From: Acanthaster planci
Lineage: Eukaryota
Direction: 5' to 3'
Assembly: GCF_001949145.1 (NCBI RefSeq)
Contig: NW_019091358.1
Location: 1,240,961-1,304,960, forward strand
DNA: 64,000 nucleotides
Shown here: one piece after another, positions 12,061 through 25,615 of the stretch
How positions within the stretch are numbered: the stretch's first letter is position 1
Layout of the letters: each line of letters opens with the position of its first letter
Position numbers and translations under genes: made by a program
The notes under the pieces: model-generated
What the model was told of the DNA's origin: nothing
Database searches by the model: none
Seen by the model: only the letters and a program-made list of their open reading frames with translations

Positions 12061-15000
12061 TGATTTCTTCATGTATTTTTCAAACCGCCAATAGTCTTAG
12101 GCCTAAATGTATGTACTACTTTCCTTTCTTAGAGGATAAACACTGAAAGGCCAGTACAAGGCTCAAAGTGTCCGTGTGTTTTGAAGAAAATCAAGCAATT
12201 TGCGCGTAACAGACAATCTGTGCGCATGCGCTATACACTTTTTGCTGCTCGTCTTGTTTCAAGTCGTTTCAAAGCTGCAAGATACTGGACAGAGCTTGAA
12301 AGTTTACCTCCGGTTGGAGCGCTTCCGGAACCTTAGGATAGAAAAGAAAACGTCGGAACAATAATTTTAGAATTTCAATTTTTTTTCTTTTGTTGACGTC
12401 TTAAAAATCACCTTGGTAAAAGGCCTTTACAAACTATTTGCAAGCATATCAATTTACAGAAACTGGAAAATTACCTGACCAGAAACAGAAGTATTCTGCC
12501 AAAAACTGACCTCTCACTTCTGAAAATCTAGAACACATGAAGACCAGTGCTATTAGGTGTTCCCGTACGCAGATGAGAAATTACTAAATTACATTTATGC
12601 TTGTCTTTTGGTAAATGGTAAAGTAAAACAGATCAAAATATTGTAAGAATTTTCAATTTATAAGGAAATAAACTTAAATGAATAATCAGCGTTTACATCA
12701 AATTCTAAAGTTTAATCTAACCTTGCTGACAAGAATTGCTTTAGGTCAACTCGATTGGAACTCTTCGACTCAAGGTAGGTAAATTTTTGCAGCTTTGTAT
12801 GATCTCGTTTTCACGTAACAAAAAAGGAAAAATATTGCCAGAAGTGAAAGGTCGTTAACGAAATTCGTCTTTTTCTTTGTCAATCTCCGGTAGACTTATT
12901 ACTCGTAGATCACGTATGCGGGGGGGGGGCTTATTGGATTGGTCTATTTCACTTTATTATAACAAATCTTTGAAAATGTTTAGAATTGGCTATTTGGGTG
13001 AGAATATTGTGCACGTGCGCATATTTTGATAATGTATTTAGAATTTTTGTATGGATTTGAGCGATTTCCTAAAATTCCGTCTATTTTTTCATTTCGTTAG
13101 TAATTTCGACAACATTAAAAATATTCCTTGAACTATGAAACTTACTTCAGAGTGGAAGACTTGGAATGCTTTGCGCTGTTCAAGGCTCAAACGTAGATTT
13201 TGAAGGCATTGTACATCTTTCCAATCCGAAATTTGCAAAGTCTACTTGGCCGTTTCCTTTCCTTCAAATTTAATCCGATCGAAAAAACTTTGCGTGTCAC
13301 CTGGTTCCAAGACCCAAAGATTCCGACCAACACTTCGAACGCTCTCCAGGTCCAGTAGCCGCCACGCTCAAGTAACAAAAGTGGGAAGAATTTTCCAAAC
13401 AAATCCTTGTTCATTTTCCAGTAGTGGGGAAAATATTCGCAGACAATGGGCGTGGGTGTACTGCACGGGAATGTGTGGGGAATCCAAGGATACGTCATAC
13501 TCTATTTTTGTCCACAGCTACCTGTCATCCTATTTTTTTATACCGCTGGGAACCAGCTAATGGGTCCAGACCTATTTACCATTAGGTGTCGAATCGCCTC
13601 TAATTTTAGCAACAACTGGTACCCATGTCGCATACACTTATTATCATTCTCACAGCGCGCATTTGCCGTAGGTTGTCAGTCTCACGTGCCACAAACTTCC
13701 ACAAGCAAAAAAGCGTTATTCCATTATCGAACGATTTATTCATGTTAATTTATGTCATACACTGTAAACCGTGGAAGTTCGAGTTGTTAATGTTTGTTAA
13801 TCAACAAAACACATAGCATCTTCCATAAAGTAAACGAATTCTAGGTCAGTCTTTCTAAAACTGATTTCAGATCAATGAACAATTCGAGTATCACGAAGAG
13901 GCCTGTTAGAGCTACTTCAAATACCATAATAAAAAAACTACTTTCATATTTAAATTTTTGATGACTTCATTTTCAGGTAGACATACTATCGATTAGAATT
14001 CATACGGAATAAGTTTGATCATATACATGTATCTGTAGTCGCATCCTCCACCAAATACAATTTAAGTATCCAACCCTTTTACTTTTAACGTACTACTTAT
14101 CAAATACAAACCTTATTTCTCAGCTTTTCTGTAGCTACAATACTGCTGTTAATTACAAAAAAATGTTTTACTGAAAACCATGTATTTCCCCCATCTCTAC
14201 AGTGCCGGAATACAGGCCTTTATAAAAAGGCACTTGAAGATCCAGCTAATTTAACAATTCACGACTGCAACTAACCTATGCGTAGACTCTCCACAAATCA
14301 ATAAAACGGTGAGATGCAAAAAAATATTAACTCTATGTTAATTAGGTTATGCATGAAAAACTACGACAAAATCGCTGAAGTGGAAAGAGTGATTCTTTAC
14401 CATGATTAGCCTTACATCACACAATATTATAAAGTAGATTTCTTTTCTCTACAAAATAAAGACCAGGGAAGGCCACATGGTCACAAAGCATTTTGTAACA
14501 GCTGCATAAAAAGGTACTGGTACATGGGGAATTGACCTGCATCAAGTCAAGGCCAAACATTCGCCTGCAAAGTACGCCGAGTAAGCAGCTTTCTCATCGT
14601 CCACAGTGGCATCAAACGGTTATAGTGCTTGGAATGTGACAAAGTGCGAACCAAGCTCGACTTCAAAGAGTGTATGCTTGTTACTTGAGTTGCATTATTA
14701 TAAGTCCATCTCTACACAACCGTGAGAACAGGTGCATTATTTTCAGCTCATCTCAAAGGCAATGAATCCATGAAAATACTCGACAAGGTCCGTCAAACAT
14801 CCTAAACATTTGCTGCCAGGAATATGTTCTGTACTTTTATACACACTACAATATATATATATAATAACGAGACAGTTACAATTTGCACTATCACAAAGTG
14901 GATCGCAGACGACCATGTCACTGTTACAATATATTTATAACAGGGTTGTATACTTTACTAAACTTGATACACCGTATGCATACTGGAAAAGTGAATACTG

Positions 15001-16743
15001 TGCAGACACACCATCTGGAATTGTCATCATTCTGCGCATGTGGTGTTTTTTTTTATTCATTCGACCAACATTAATGCAAAGCCCTATCCAGTCTCAACCT
15101 ATGATTCGGGTTTAGCACTTCAGGTTGACTTGTGCGTGGATCGCAGTGGCTTGGCAGAAGCTGGTGGCAAACCTTTTTTGCTGACTTGTTGTAATACCAC
15201 TTAGAGCAAGATCGGCCTTGAGCTGTTTTTTAAATTGCAACAGCACCTGGACATCATGTGCTACCAACAATGCCTTGCATTTCTTTCACTGTAATGAAAG
15301 AGACTAAAAGCCCTAGGCTGGTGCCACTGAACGGAGTTCTTTTTTAAAGAGTTGTGCTCGGCTACAATTACTAGCTCAAATTATCAAAATCCTGAATAAC
15401 AAATTTACTTGGTCTAAAGTAAGTTACTGCATGACAAAATGCAATCTTTCATTACGAGGGCTCCTATTAACTTGCATCACCGCACAGTATGCAGACCATT
15501 TGCTTTAAAGTCCTACATAAGGCAGGTTACATCTACATTCCAAAGGTGCCCCCTCACCAGTGCCAAGAAACCAGTTTCCCACCCCCAAGAAGAAAATGTT
15601 CACCATCATCTGTCCCTCTACAGATAGGCCCTAAAAATATCACTGCTACCATGCAAACGGAGCACCAAATTTTGGCGCACACAGTGACACCAACACCTAC
15701 TAACTTCAGCGATCACTGCCCTGACCTCTTCTTTGGGAGCATTTTAACACTGGTGAACAAAAACCTACCTCATATGCAAATGTAGAATGCCCCAATTAAG
15801 ACAAGAAAACACATTTTGTTCAGCCTTTAGTATACAAATATAACATGGTTTGAGGTTGGATGGTCAATGTTAGTTCTCTGAGGTATTGGGGGTTGACGAA
15901 CTACTTCCCGAGGTGAAATAAACAATGTTATATTTGTTTTACTATACCCTATACATATTTTATTTAATAACCTCTGAAAATAATAACATTATCAATTTGT
16001 TTCCGTGAGCGTTTATTTTTGTTTCTAAAAATGGAAATACAAACACTTCATCTTTTACGATTTTACATTGATTCTACACACAAGAATGCATGCACACCGT
16101 TGCCAGGCTGGCGCCACCACGAGTGCACAGTACAGCCAGGTAACTGTTCCAGGATTTTTCTTTGCTACTGTGCATGCCTTTGCAACTGTTGTCCGGGTAA
16201 GCCGGGCAACAATTACAAACACGTGCGAATTTACTCCTTGCCTGAACGATCGCGTGTGCGCCTGGCCAACAGCAAAAACAGTGTTTGCTAATGAATGCAC
16301 CGTGAATGCACCAATGAGAGTTTAGCGATCCGTCATGAATATGTATGAAGTGCATGTATAGTAATTCGGCATATAGCAAGTACCAGCACAATGTGCAAGT
16401 ACAGCTTTGCTACAAGGCAGAACGTACTAAGCAGATGCATGTATGTATGAGTTAGGAAGAAGGATGGAGTTTGATGGAAATATTATAGTCTAAAGTTTAA
16501 CCCAGTACATATTTGCTCTCGATCAGAAATTATTTTACGAGCACATGGTTCATCAATATGCAAGGTACATGTATTAAATTAGTGTGGGAACATCCCTCAG
16601 CAATTACTGTTTGCACAACTGCCAAAACAAATGCCCAGACACACCTTTCAAAACAATTCTCCACCCATCCATCCACCCACAACCTCTGAAATCTGTACCA
16701 CTTAAGCTGCTTTCACCCAACTCCACTGCTTCTCAGTGCCACG

Positions 16744-17292
16744 TCAATTTAAATCGAGGCCAAGCCATGTACAGAGACGTGGCCCCATCGAGTACATAAC
16801 AAGCATTGTGAATCCGTGCGGGACATAACCGTAGGAGAGCTGGACTCTCAGCCACCTTTTTGTTTCTCTGTTGACCTGGATGCCAAAGAACACCTGCATC
16901 ATCCTCTTGATGAGAAATTTGAGTCCAAAGAATATGATGCTGGCTATGACCGTGTAGATGGCATAGCGGACCAGCATGATGCCGGCAGTGGGCAGGTCGG
17001 GCCAGTCGATGGTGCCGCCCAGGGGGGCATGGGCGTCGGGCACCAGGCCGGAGCGGTGGTTGCACCAAAAAGCACACAGGCCCCCACCCATGGTGGCCAA
17101 GATGGAGACGGTGTCATTGCGGGAGGCCCCCACCCCATCCAGGGCCGGGTAGAAGACGATGAGGAGGATGGTGACCACCACGATGATGACCGGGGCATAA
17201 GGGTGGGTCAGAAGGAAGTGGTCCAGGGAGTCCAACCAGGGCCAGATGAGGGCCATCAGAAGGGCTGTCAGTGTCACCCCCGCTATCAAATC
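16744..17292 (-). CDS. SGPP: Sphingosine-1-phosphate phosphatase paralogue B, exon 3 (terminal)
   Basis: Acceptor gatag|GAT at 17292. Reads DLIAGVTLTALLMALIWPWLD...SRNDT... to TGA at 16746-16744. Colinear with exon 3 of paralogue A. Confidence 0.92.
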   Translation of the reverse strand, partial: DLIAGVTLTALLMALIWPWLDSLDHFLLTHPYAPVIIVVVTILLIVFYPALDGVGASRNDTVSILATMGGGLCAFWCNHRSGLVPDAHAPLGGTIDWPDLPTAGIMLVRYAIYTVIASIIFFGLKFLIKRMMQVFFGIQVNRETKRWLRVQLSYGYVPHGFTMLVMYSMGPRLCTWLGLDLN

Positions 17293-18273
17293 CTATCACG
17301 GTTAAAAACAAAGAAGAAATGCCCACATTAAGCACAGCAGTTGCTTTACAGTAATCTACTGATCAATTGTCTTATAACTCTAGTGTGCACCCTCAAATTT
17401 GTTAAAGCACAACCCTTCCTTATAACACCCTTCCTTATAACGCTTGGCCTCGTGACAAAATGGATTAAAAAAGCCAAGCCCCAATCGTGTATCTCGTGTA
17501 CCTCTCAATTCTTCGTTCATTTTCACTTTGTGGATGTTGTTTGCATAGTGCTTTGTTTTTATACACACTCTCTGTGCCTTGCTCCCAAGGACACTAGTAC
17601 CAGCACCAGTATGTTACTTGAGAACTTTCTCCAGATCCAAGCGATACTGCTCGTCTATGTTAGATATGCTCAAAATTTGACTTTTAAAAGTGTTTGGGGA
17701 CAACGCAGGCACCAAAATCAGTACTGAAATAAAATAAAATAAATTTGAGTGAAGAAAATAACACACCCACATCTACAGCCATTTTGTTTTTTAAAGCTGA
17801 ACAGCATGATTTATCTAATCAAGTCGTACATGTATTGTATGTCAAGTGAGTTATGTGCGTCACCAGCAGTATTGTGACTTGAACAAACTGTACAGAAGTA
17901 TGACTATCATCTATTAATATCAGGGGCAATCAATGAATCTTGACCCAGGTTTGAGGTAACTCAAATGCACCACTGATAAAAAGGTCCAAATTTCAATCAA
18001 CAGGTAGTCTTTTTCAATTTAAAGGGTGTAGGTGTAGGTGATGGATTTTTCTCTGACACATTTCTTTGTGTAACCTTACACTCTTCTTCAAGGTTTGACA
18101 ATTGTACCACATGCTTGGAGTTTGGGTTAAGGATACTAAAAAGTGCACTGTTTGAAACATTTGAAATTGTCCATGCTTTTTCAGATAACTCAGGGCACGA
18201 TGATGTCATACAGGGAAGACACTGTTCAATACAGGTTAGAGAAATATGGAAGGGCTGCATAGCACCGTGATCA

Positions 18274-18537
18274 GAATATCGACGAGAATATAATGTAAAA
18301 TCAGTGCTCTGGAATATGTGGTTGCTGAGCTTTCCGAAACTGAGTACCTTCTTCAGGGCAAGCAGAGTACCTTCTTCAGGGCAAGCAGAGTACCTTCTTC
18401 AGGGCAAGCAGAGTACCTTCTTCAGGGCAAGCAGATTCGGTGAATCTGCTTGCCTTGAAGAAGGTACTCAGTTACCGAAAGCTCAATAATCACATATTCC
18501 AGAGCACTGATTTTATATTATATTCTTGTCAATGTTC
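18274..18537. mobile_element. Fold-back inverted repeat resembling inverted Penelope-like termini, with four 23-bp tandem units and degenerate hammerhead cores
   Basis: The two arms are reverse complements around a loop near 18440. GAGTACCTTCTTCAGGGCAAGCA starts at 18342, 18365, 18388 and 18411. Each arm carries (C/T)TGAAGA...GAAAGCTC. Confidence 0.6.
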
Positions 18538-21500
18538 AATATAGGTTATTCAGTTTGTGGAGCCAATTCGTGGAGCCAACATTTGCTCAGGGAAAACATT
18601 TCTAAGAAAGGGTTTTCACCAAGAAATGACATCACAGTTTTGCTCATGAATATGCATAAATTAGCATTTTTTTCATAATGCCCCTGAAGGCACCGAAATG
18701 CCTTGTACATGTAAAGTGGCAAAACCAATATAACATTTAAACACAAGGTTAATTGAAACGTAATGATGCATTTCAAGAGTTGTAGAACAAATGCACTGCA
18801 TAGAAGGGTCATGTCTCAAGGATCACATCCTATGCTTAGCAATTACATGCACTAACTGCTACAAAGTGGGACATGATGTTTTAAAGACCAACTCCAAATA
18901 CGTTAACTTTTCTCATATTGAATCCATTTCAGAAGAGCCACATCTAATAAAAGTGGCACGAACATGCATCAATATTTCCCATGCAATACACGTTTTGTAT
19001 TAATAAAACAGCCTTTGTACCCATTTTTCCTGCAAGTCCAGTCTGGTATTGTAAAACTGGACGTGCTGTCACGACTCATTAGGATTTAATGAATATTGAT
19101 TTCTGTAATGTGTTACCATGGAGAGGAAATACCACAGTGCGTGCGCTATATGCATCCATAGCACGCGTAGCCACGAACGATAGCACAAACTTGACGAATG
19201 CTCTCATTCTTCGGAAACTCAAAGAATTTCAATCCCAGTTCTTTTGCAGAATTTCTCGTACATCCACCAATGACACACGATTTCTGCATTATTGTAAATC
19301 ATGAAGAAAGAAGCACAAACGCTTGACAGAAAATAGGCAATGTGGCACAGTAGACCTGGCACACGGATCGATCCCCGGTACACATACGTGTAGCCCCATG
19401 TTCATGTACAGGTATGTTTGTAGCGGAACCAGTTGTGCCACGGATACCGACACGAATTTCAGTGTTTTTTCCAGTATTACATCATAAAAGTTTTTTTTTC
19501 TCTTAAAAATACAGATGCAATACAGACATGATTTAGAAATGACTGTATGATTTATTACACACATAATACACCAATAATTTATTTTCAAACCTTTGAAAAT
19601 CACTGGAGTTGGTCTTTATCATCCTTTGGCACCCATAGTGCGGTACCTGAGGCAACGTCACTCAGGTGGTAAAACATCATGTTGCACGTCGCAGCAGTCA
19701 ATAAGTGCTTTATTGTACTTCTGTCTTGAATTATTTGTAATATTCTCCTCCAACTTATTTAATCGAAATGAGTATGATATTATCAGTCTATTGCTGTAAG
19801 GACCGTTGTGCGACACGCAAATTAATTACATCACTGTATCAGAGCATGTAGCTATTACACACAAGGAGTCAGCACGTACGGAGATCAAAAGGGTCAATGA
19901 CGGCTACCGTCAGCACTGCACGTGCTGCAAGGACAACACAAATTCTGTGCCACTTGCGGGCTATAAGGAATGCTCGGAGTTGCATTTGCAAAGGATTGTG
20001 GGTACCAGGCATGCGAGTCCATAACACTTCCGCATGTCCAACATGGCCGCTTTGAGATGGAAGCCACCGTCATCGGAGACCTAAATTTTGATAATTTTAG
20101 TGAGTGTTGTGATATTCCAATGGCAATGAAAGCCTGGTTACGTTTTTACATCCCCAAAACGTCTCTCTTAACAATAAACAGAATTACTACCTAATACAAA
20201 TTCTCCAAAAACACGCTCAGGAAAAGTGAAAGAATGTAGCTGGTCCAGAGGAAAATTAAAAAAAACACACAAAAACATGAGAAGATTTGTCACTGTCCGC
20301 AACTGTCTCAGCGTCAAACCTCACCATGTTGTCAAATGCATCCCTGCGGCATGTTTCCACCTTCATTTAACCATAGGAACCACTAGAATTGCGACTTGTG
20401 ATATAGATATTGCAGTTCATATTTTGGGTATTTCTTTCCTACAGCCAGAACCGCAAAATGTCATAACTGACTTTAAAAAGTCCCACTTTTTGCCAAATAA
20501 CCACCCATGATTCATAATTTTCCAGCGCATCTGCAGGGATCCCTCGCTGACTCCTGAGGACTACAGAAGAGAACTACGCATCTTCTTTGTGCATCATTTC
20601 CATACTTCAGTATGCCGCAGCGAAACACGGGGAGTCTGTGGGTTACCAGTTACCCGGTGGTGGCGATCATTGCGTACAAAGAAAGTCTAGGGTCTTCAAC
20701 ACTAGGGCCGGTAACCGAGCTTTGTCTATGGAGCCAAATGGGGCAGTTAATCGGGTTACGATCGGTAGGGACTTTGTTCTAACTCCTTGTGTTGCATATG
20801 GTTGCATATATGTCTTGCTGGAAAGCCATATACTTGTATGTTAAAAAGTATTTTGGAGGTACATCTGCATGAGTTTTCAAGCTCATCAGACATTACGGTG
20901 AGGAACTCAACCATCAACAAAACTTTTAAGTGCTTTATCAGCTGATCATATCGTAATGCCAATTTACTGCTGCTATCAGAGCTTACTATCACTGTATTGT
21001 GAAAGTAGGAGAGGTACCAATGAAAAGTCTGGTTAAGGGTCCCTGCATAATGGTTCAGACTGTCAGGTGGGAACCAGTGATATCACAATGTGATGTGCCA
21101 TGGTGTAGGGGTCCATGGTGTTTTGTACACCAGAGGGAGCAAATGGCACTCGAGGCAAAGCCGGGGGTGCCACTTGCCCCTGAGGGTGTACAAAACACCA
21201 TGGATGCCGTCACTGCAGGCAACAATTGTTTGTTATACCATGGTCATAGATTTCACTGGAATGCTCTTGTATCTGTATTACGTGCATATTCTATTGCAAG
21301 ATAAATTAAAAGACTTTGACAAATTGAAATATTTGAACAGTAAATTGGATATAAATTGAAGGAAAATTATTGATTGTGATGTCCTTTGTTGACAGATTTT
21401 TTTTGGGGGGAGGAGAAATCTAAGATTTATAAAAAACTTGTTTAACAGAGAAGCCTGTGACCCATAAAGGAATTGGGGGTTTGTCTAATGGTTGAATTTC

Positions 21501-21553
21501 AAGACATATTATTTACACCAAGATCCATTGAAAAAAAAATACATCTTGAAAAA

Positions 21554-22061
21554 NNNNNNNNNNNNNNNNNNNNNNNNNNNNNNNNNNNNNNNNNNNNNNN
21601 NNNNNNNNNNNNNNNNNNNNNNNNNNNNNNNNNNNNNNNNNNNNNNNNNNNNNNNNNNNNNNNNNNNNNNNNNNNNNNNNNNNNNNNNNNNNNNNNNNNN
21701 NNNNNNNNNNNNNNNNNNNNNNNNNNNNNNNNNNNNNNNNNNNNNNNNNNNNNNNNNNNNNNNNNNNNNNNNNNNNNNNNNNNNNNNNNNNNNNNNNNNN
21801 NNNNNNNNNNNNNNNNNNNNNNNNNNNNNNNNNNNNNNNNNNNNNNNNNNNNNNNNNNNNNNNNNNNNNNNNNNNNNNNNNNNNNNNNNNNNNNNNNNNN
21901 NNNNNNNNNNNNNNNNNNNNNNNNNNNNNNNNNNNNNNNNNNNNNNNNNNNNNNNNNNNNNNNNNNNNNNNNNNNNNNNNNNNNNNNNNNNNNNNNNNNN
22001 NNNNNNNNNNNNNNNNNNNNNNNNNNNNNNNNNNNNNNNNNNNNNNNNNNNNNNNNNNNNN
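21554..22061. other. Assembly gap
   Basis: Run of N in SGPP-B intron 2. Confidence 1.
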
Positions 22062-22600
22062 TATATAATCCATTGAAAAGTACGGACAAGATTGAAGAGC
22101 AGATGAGAAGATGCAATGACGGGAGCATTTTATATTAACAGCAATGACAATTGCAGCAGAAGCAGTGATCAGAGCATACTCGTGTTCCACGAGTGAAGTA
22201 AGACTACTGCTGCTATATCCAACCTCGTACCCACGGTTACACAATTACAATGCAGTAGACGCGACGCATCAACTCTGGGAAAGATCACCGTGATCCATCA
22301 TTTTTTGTGGCCCGGCAACATCGCCAGTGCACGTGATGCGTGAATGATACATGCACGCTTGTGACATATCCCGTGATCAGTTCGCAACCAATAAAAGTTC
22401 ACTATCAATGACCATGGTATAACAATAGTATTTGTCATGAGATTGCTCTGGGCCAATGAAAATACAATATTCCAGACAAGACCAGAGCTGTCGCCTGGCT
22501 TCAAAACCACATGGGTGGCCAGTATGCACATGTACAATGTAAACTCTTTCAAAATCATGTTGAAATAGAAGTCAGGAGGAACTCACGCACTGTTACTTAC

Positions 22601-22690
22601 CAGAATGAAGTGCATTCCTCGGTACAGCCTACTGCAACACACCAAAAGTGTCCAGTTGCAAGCTAGAACAAACCCGAGCAGGTGGGGATA
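22601..22690 (-). CDS. SGPP: SGPP paralogue B, exon 2
   Basis: 90-nt exon cag|TAT...CTG|gtaagt encoding YPHLLGFVLACNWTLLVCCSRLYRGMHFIL (motif C3). Confidence 0.93.
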
Positions 22691-23278
22691 CTGCAAGCAA
22701 AACAAGAAACAAACCCCCAAAAAAATCATCATCCGTAAACTAAACCATGGTATAGTACGTTTTGTGGACAAATACAAGTTCTCTTATTTAAGAAGATTAA
22801 AATAAGGAAGACGAAATAGAGAAAGATTCACTTTGCAAAGAGATGTGAAATTCTTAACCAAAAACAGATACTATACACGTAGTTATGGCACTTTAGACTG
22901 GTTGCTATCTACTTGTTTGCACCCAATCTGGGGCGTTGGAAACACAAACCAGACCAGTCTGCAACAAATGGACCTGAAACTTTATTTTCAAATAGTACTA
23001 GATGTACATGCACACTGTACACGTATCCACATCCACCACAGGCAGGCCACATGCTCGCACTCGCTTGTGCAAGAGTCTGAACGTGGCATCGGAAGAGATT
23101 GACAATTTTTTTCCATCGTTAAGGTAGAAGAACCTAAACAAGCTTTATACTGATTACTGACAATAGCAAATATTATGTGTAGGTCAACCCTTGCTTTTGA
23201 GAAGAAGTCTGTCATTTTTTGTGTCATTCTGGAGGATATGATGAGCAAGGAGCGCAAGCCCCGAAATGATTATATGTC

Positions 23279-23345
23279 AACCTCGTCCCCATGGACTACC
23301 TCGTGCAAGAGTGGGCTCTAACGATCGTCATGGGAACAAGGTTGA
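23279..23345. repeat. Small palindromic MITE-like repeat (related copy ~41974-42053)
   Basis: CAACCTCGTCCCCATG...CATGGGAACAAGGTTG inverted ends. Confidence 0.5.
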
Positions 23346-25615
23346 TAACATGTATGATCAATTGCTAGTAAACAAGTATGGCTCCCTGTGTTCATTTTGT
23401 TACAAGTTGATAGACACGGTGCTGTAGTTCATTATTTAAAAGTAAGGGAACCTGCCTGTCGGCGTTGATATGTTAGAACATCTGAACTGTAGTGTCGTTA
23501 TACTTAACTGTGTCAGCGTATTTTCTATTTTGGAATGGTTGATGGAAAAAAGCATGGGGAAAAGACTGAATTTTAGCTCAGATCTTATTTTCACATTTTT
23601 CGGGATCTACATTAATCAAGCGTCAAATTCAGTAGTGCATGGCTTGATTCGCACCGCCCGGCCGTGCTTGAAAAAATGGGCCGTGATTTCACAAAACTGG
23701 CCGTGCAAAACACGGCTGCACGGCTCGCTAGCTAAAACGCTGCCTCATACGGATTGGCAATGCTTGTTGAACAATGCCATACCTATAGAACTTGGAAGTC
23801 ATGTTTCGGAATAATAGCAACTAAAAATTAAAAATTCAGCAGTTGATTTCACGAAACGTGGTGTAACTTTAGACAATGCGCAAGCCTTGCACCACAAATT
23901 GTACCTGAGCAATATACTTTCACAGAAAGTTGCTTAGCTGCGCTACGTTTGAATAATATTAATCTTCTTGGATGAGGACGATAACAGCTTTTCGACGGCT
24001 GTAGCATGTACTTTCCAATGTCACAACAGTCATCAAACAGCTGTTGAATTACCACCATACGCCTTTTTGAAAAAGCTTTTGTCTTTTCTTTGTCAGGACC
24101 GGAGAGAAAATCTCGCAGTTCTCTCACAGCCAAACAAGTTTTTCATTACCCTGTAAAACAAAGTTGAAGGCTACATTTCTTGTACAAACATTAAGTTTAA
24201 CAATGAAGAGGCTGAACGAAACATGATGAGCAAGTCAAATCATTCATATTCACTTTGTTTGGCGCAATGTATGCCACCTAAAATGACTGCGTAAGTTATG
24301 CCATAATTTGTTGTGTAAGTCGTGGACTTATCAGTGCCTGAGTTTTGTGAAATCGCTTTAATTTGTTGCACAACATATGTGATGAAATGTGGCATAAATG
24401 ACAGTGCACCATTGCGTAAAGTTCCGTGAAATCGACTGCTGGCAGTTGAACACGTAGGCTCCTGATGTAAACATGTATATATGGTATTCTTAACCTTTAG
24501 CACCCTATTCCTATAATAAGGAAACAAAGTCCACTTTTACCAACTGACTGACATTTTGAACTTGACAGCTCTAGTTTAGGTAAAGTTTAACAATATTTAA
24601 ATAAACAACCCTACAATTTTCTTACCCCCTTTTGGCGAACAACAACCAGTTACATGTAGTCAAGTCATGCCATTTTGTTTCACGTCTGGTTATCCGGCAT
24701 GGCCACGGTAAATATAGGCCTATACTAAGATTCGAGATGCCTAAAAAAAATTTCCTCCAAGTCAAGGAACCAGACTACATAATTCACTTTTGGTCACACC
24801 TCTCCGTTGCGTCATGTACACTGCAGTTTTACCCCATAATTTCCCTCAAAATAAAAAAACTGGTCCTCTTTTAATTCTTTCTGATATGAAAGAACCCAAC
24901 AGGACATCACTGCAAACTTCTCTAGCTGAGTTGTTTCATAAAAGTAGACTTTGTTTCTTCATTAATTACCGCTGATTACAGAAACTGGGTGTTAAAGATT
25001 AGTAATACCATTGTACTTAAGTGTTCCAAATGAACATCACTTATTTTCCCTTTCAGTGGTTTATAAATCCCTCAGAAAAAGATCACAAAAAATTTAAAAG
25101 ATTATACATTTTCAACAGGAAAAGAATTATTGTTCATCTCTGAAATCCTGCTAAATCGTGGCTGGTGATACTCGTAGACATGAAAAGCTATTAACCCTAA
25201 CACTCCTCAGTCCTCAACAGGTGAAGGATTGAGGAGGGTTAGGGTTAATGTATTATAGTGATTATTATGTACAATTGTGTCCGTTATTGCAACTGATTTT
25301 GTATATGATTTGTTCCTCAACAATCTGCTGGTCGATACGACCGAATATTCGGATATTCGACCGAATTGAAGGTCGAATATTCGAATAGTGAATTATTCGA
25401 TTTTGACAATTTCAAACTAGGCTCAAACTGTGCACTAGGGTGTCACGAGATGTCCGTATATGGAAGTTGGAACTCTTTCCCATGTATTTAATAAAATAGG
25501 CCTACATGTAAATGATCAACAAAACTTCAGTTAAGGCAAGGTGACATGACCGATCACGCCGATCAACTAAAAAATACAATGACCCAGGACGGAGATAATG
25601 TACATGTAAGCTCAC

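Noticed and set aside
13187..13748. Cluster of ~100-aa ORFs between the SGPP genes
   Set aside because: No recognisable domain and no consistent splice structure.
18342..18435. Four 23-bp direct repeats resembling a CRISPR array
   Set aside because: The units are contiguous with no spacers, there are no cas genes, and the context is a eukaryotic intron.
21473..22244. ORFs spanning N-gaps (also 50967-51892)
   Set aside because: They are open only because N codons contain no stops.
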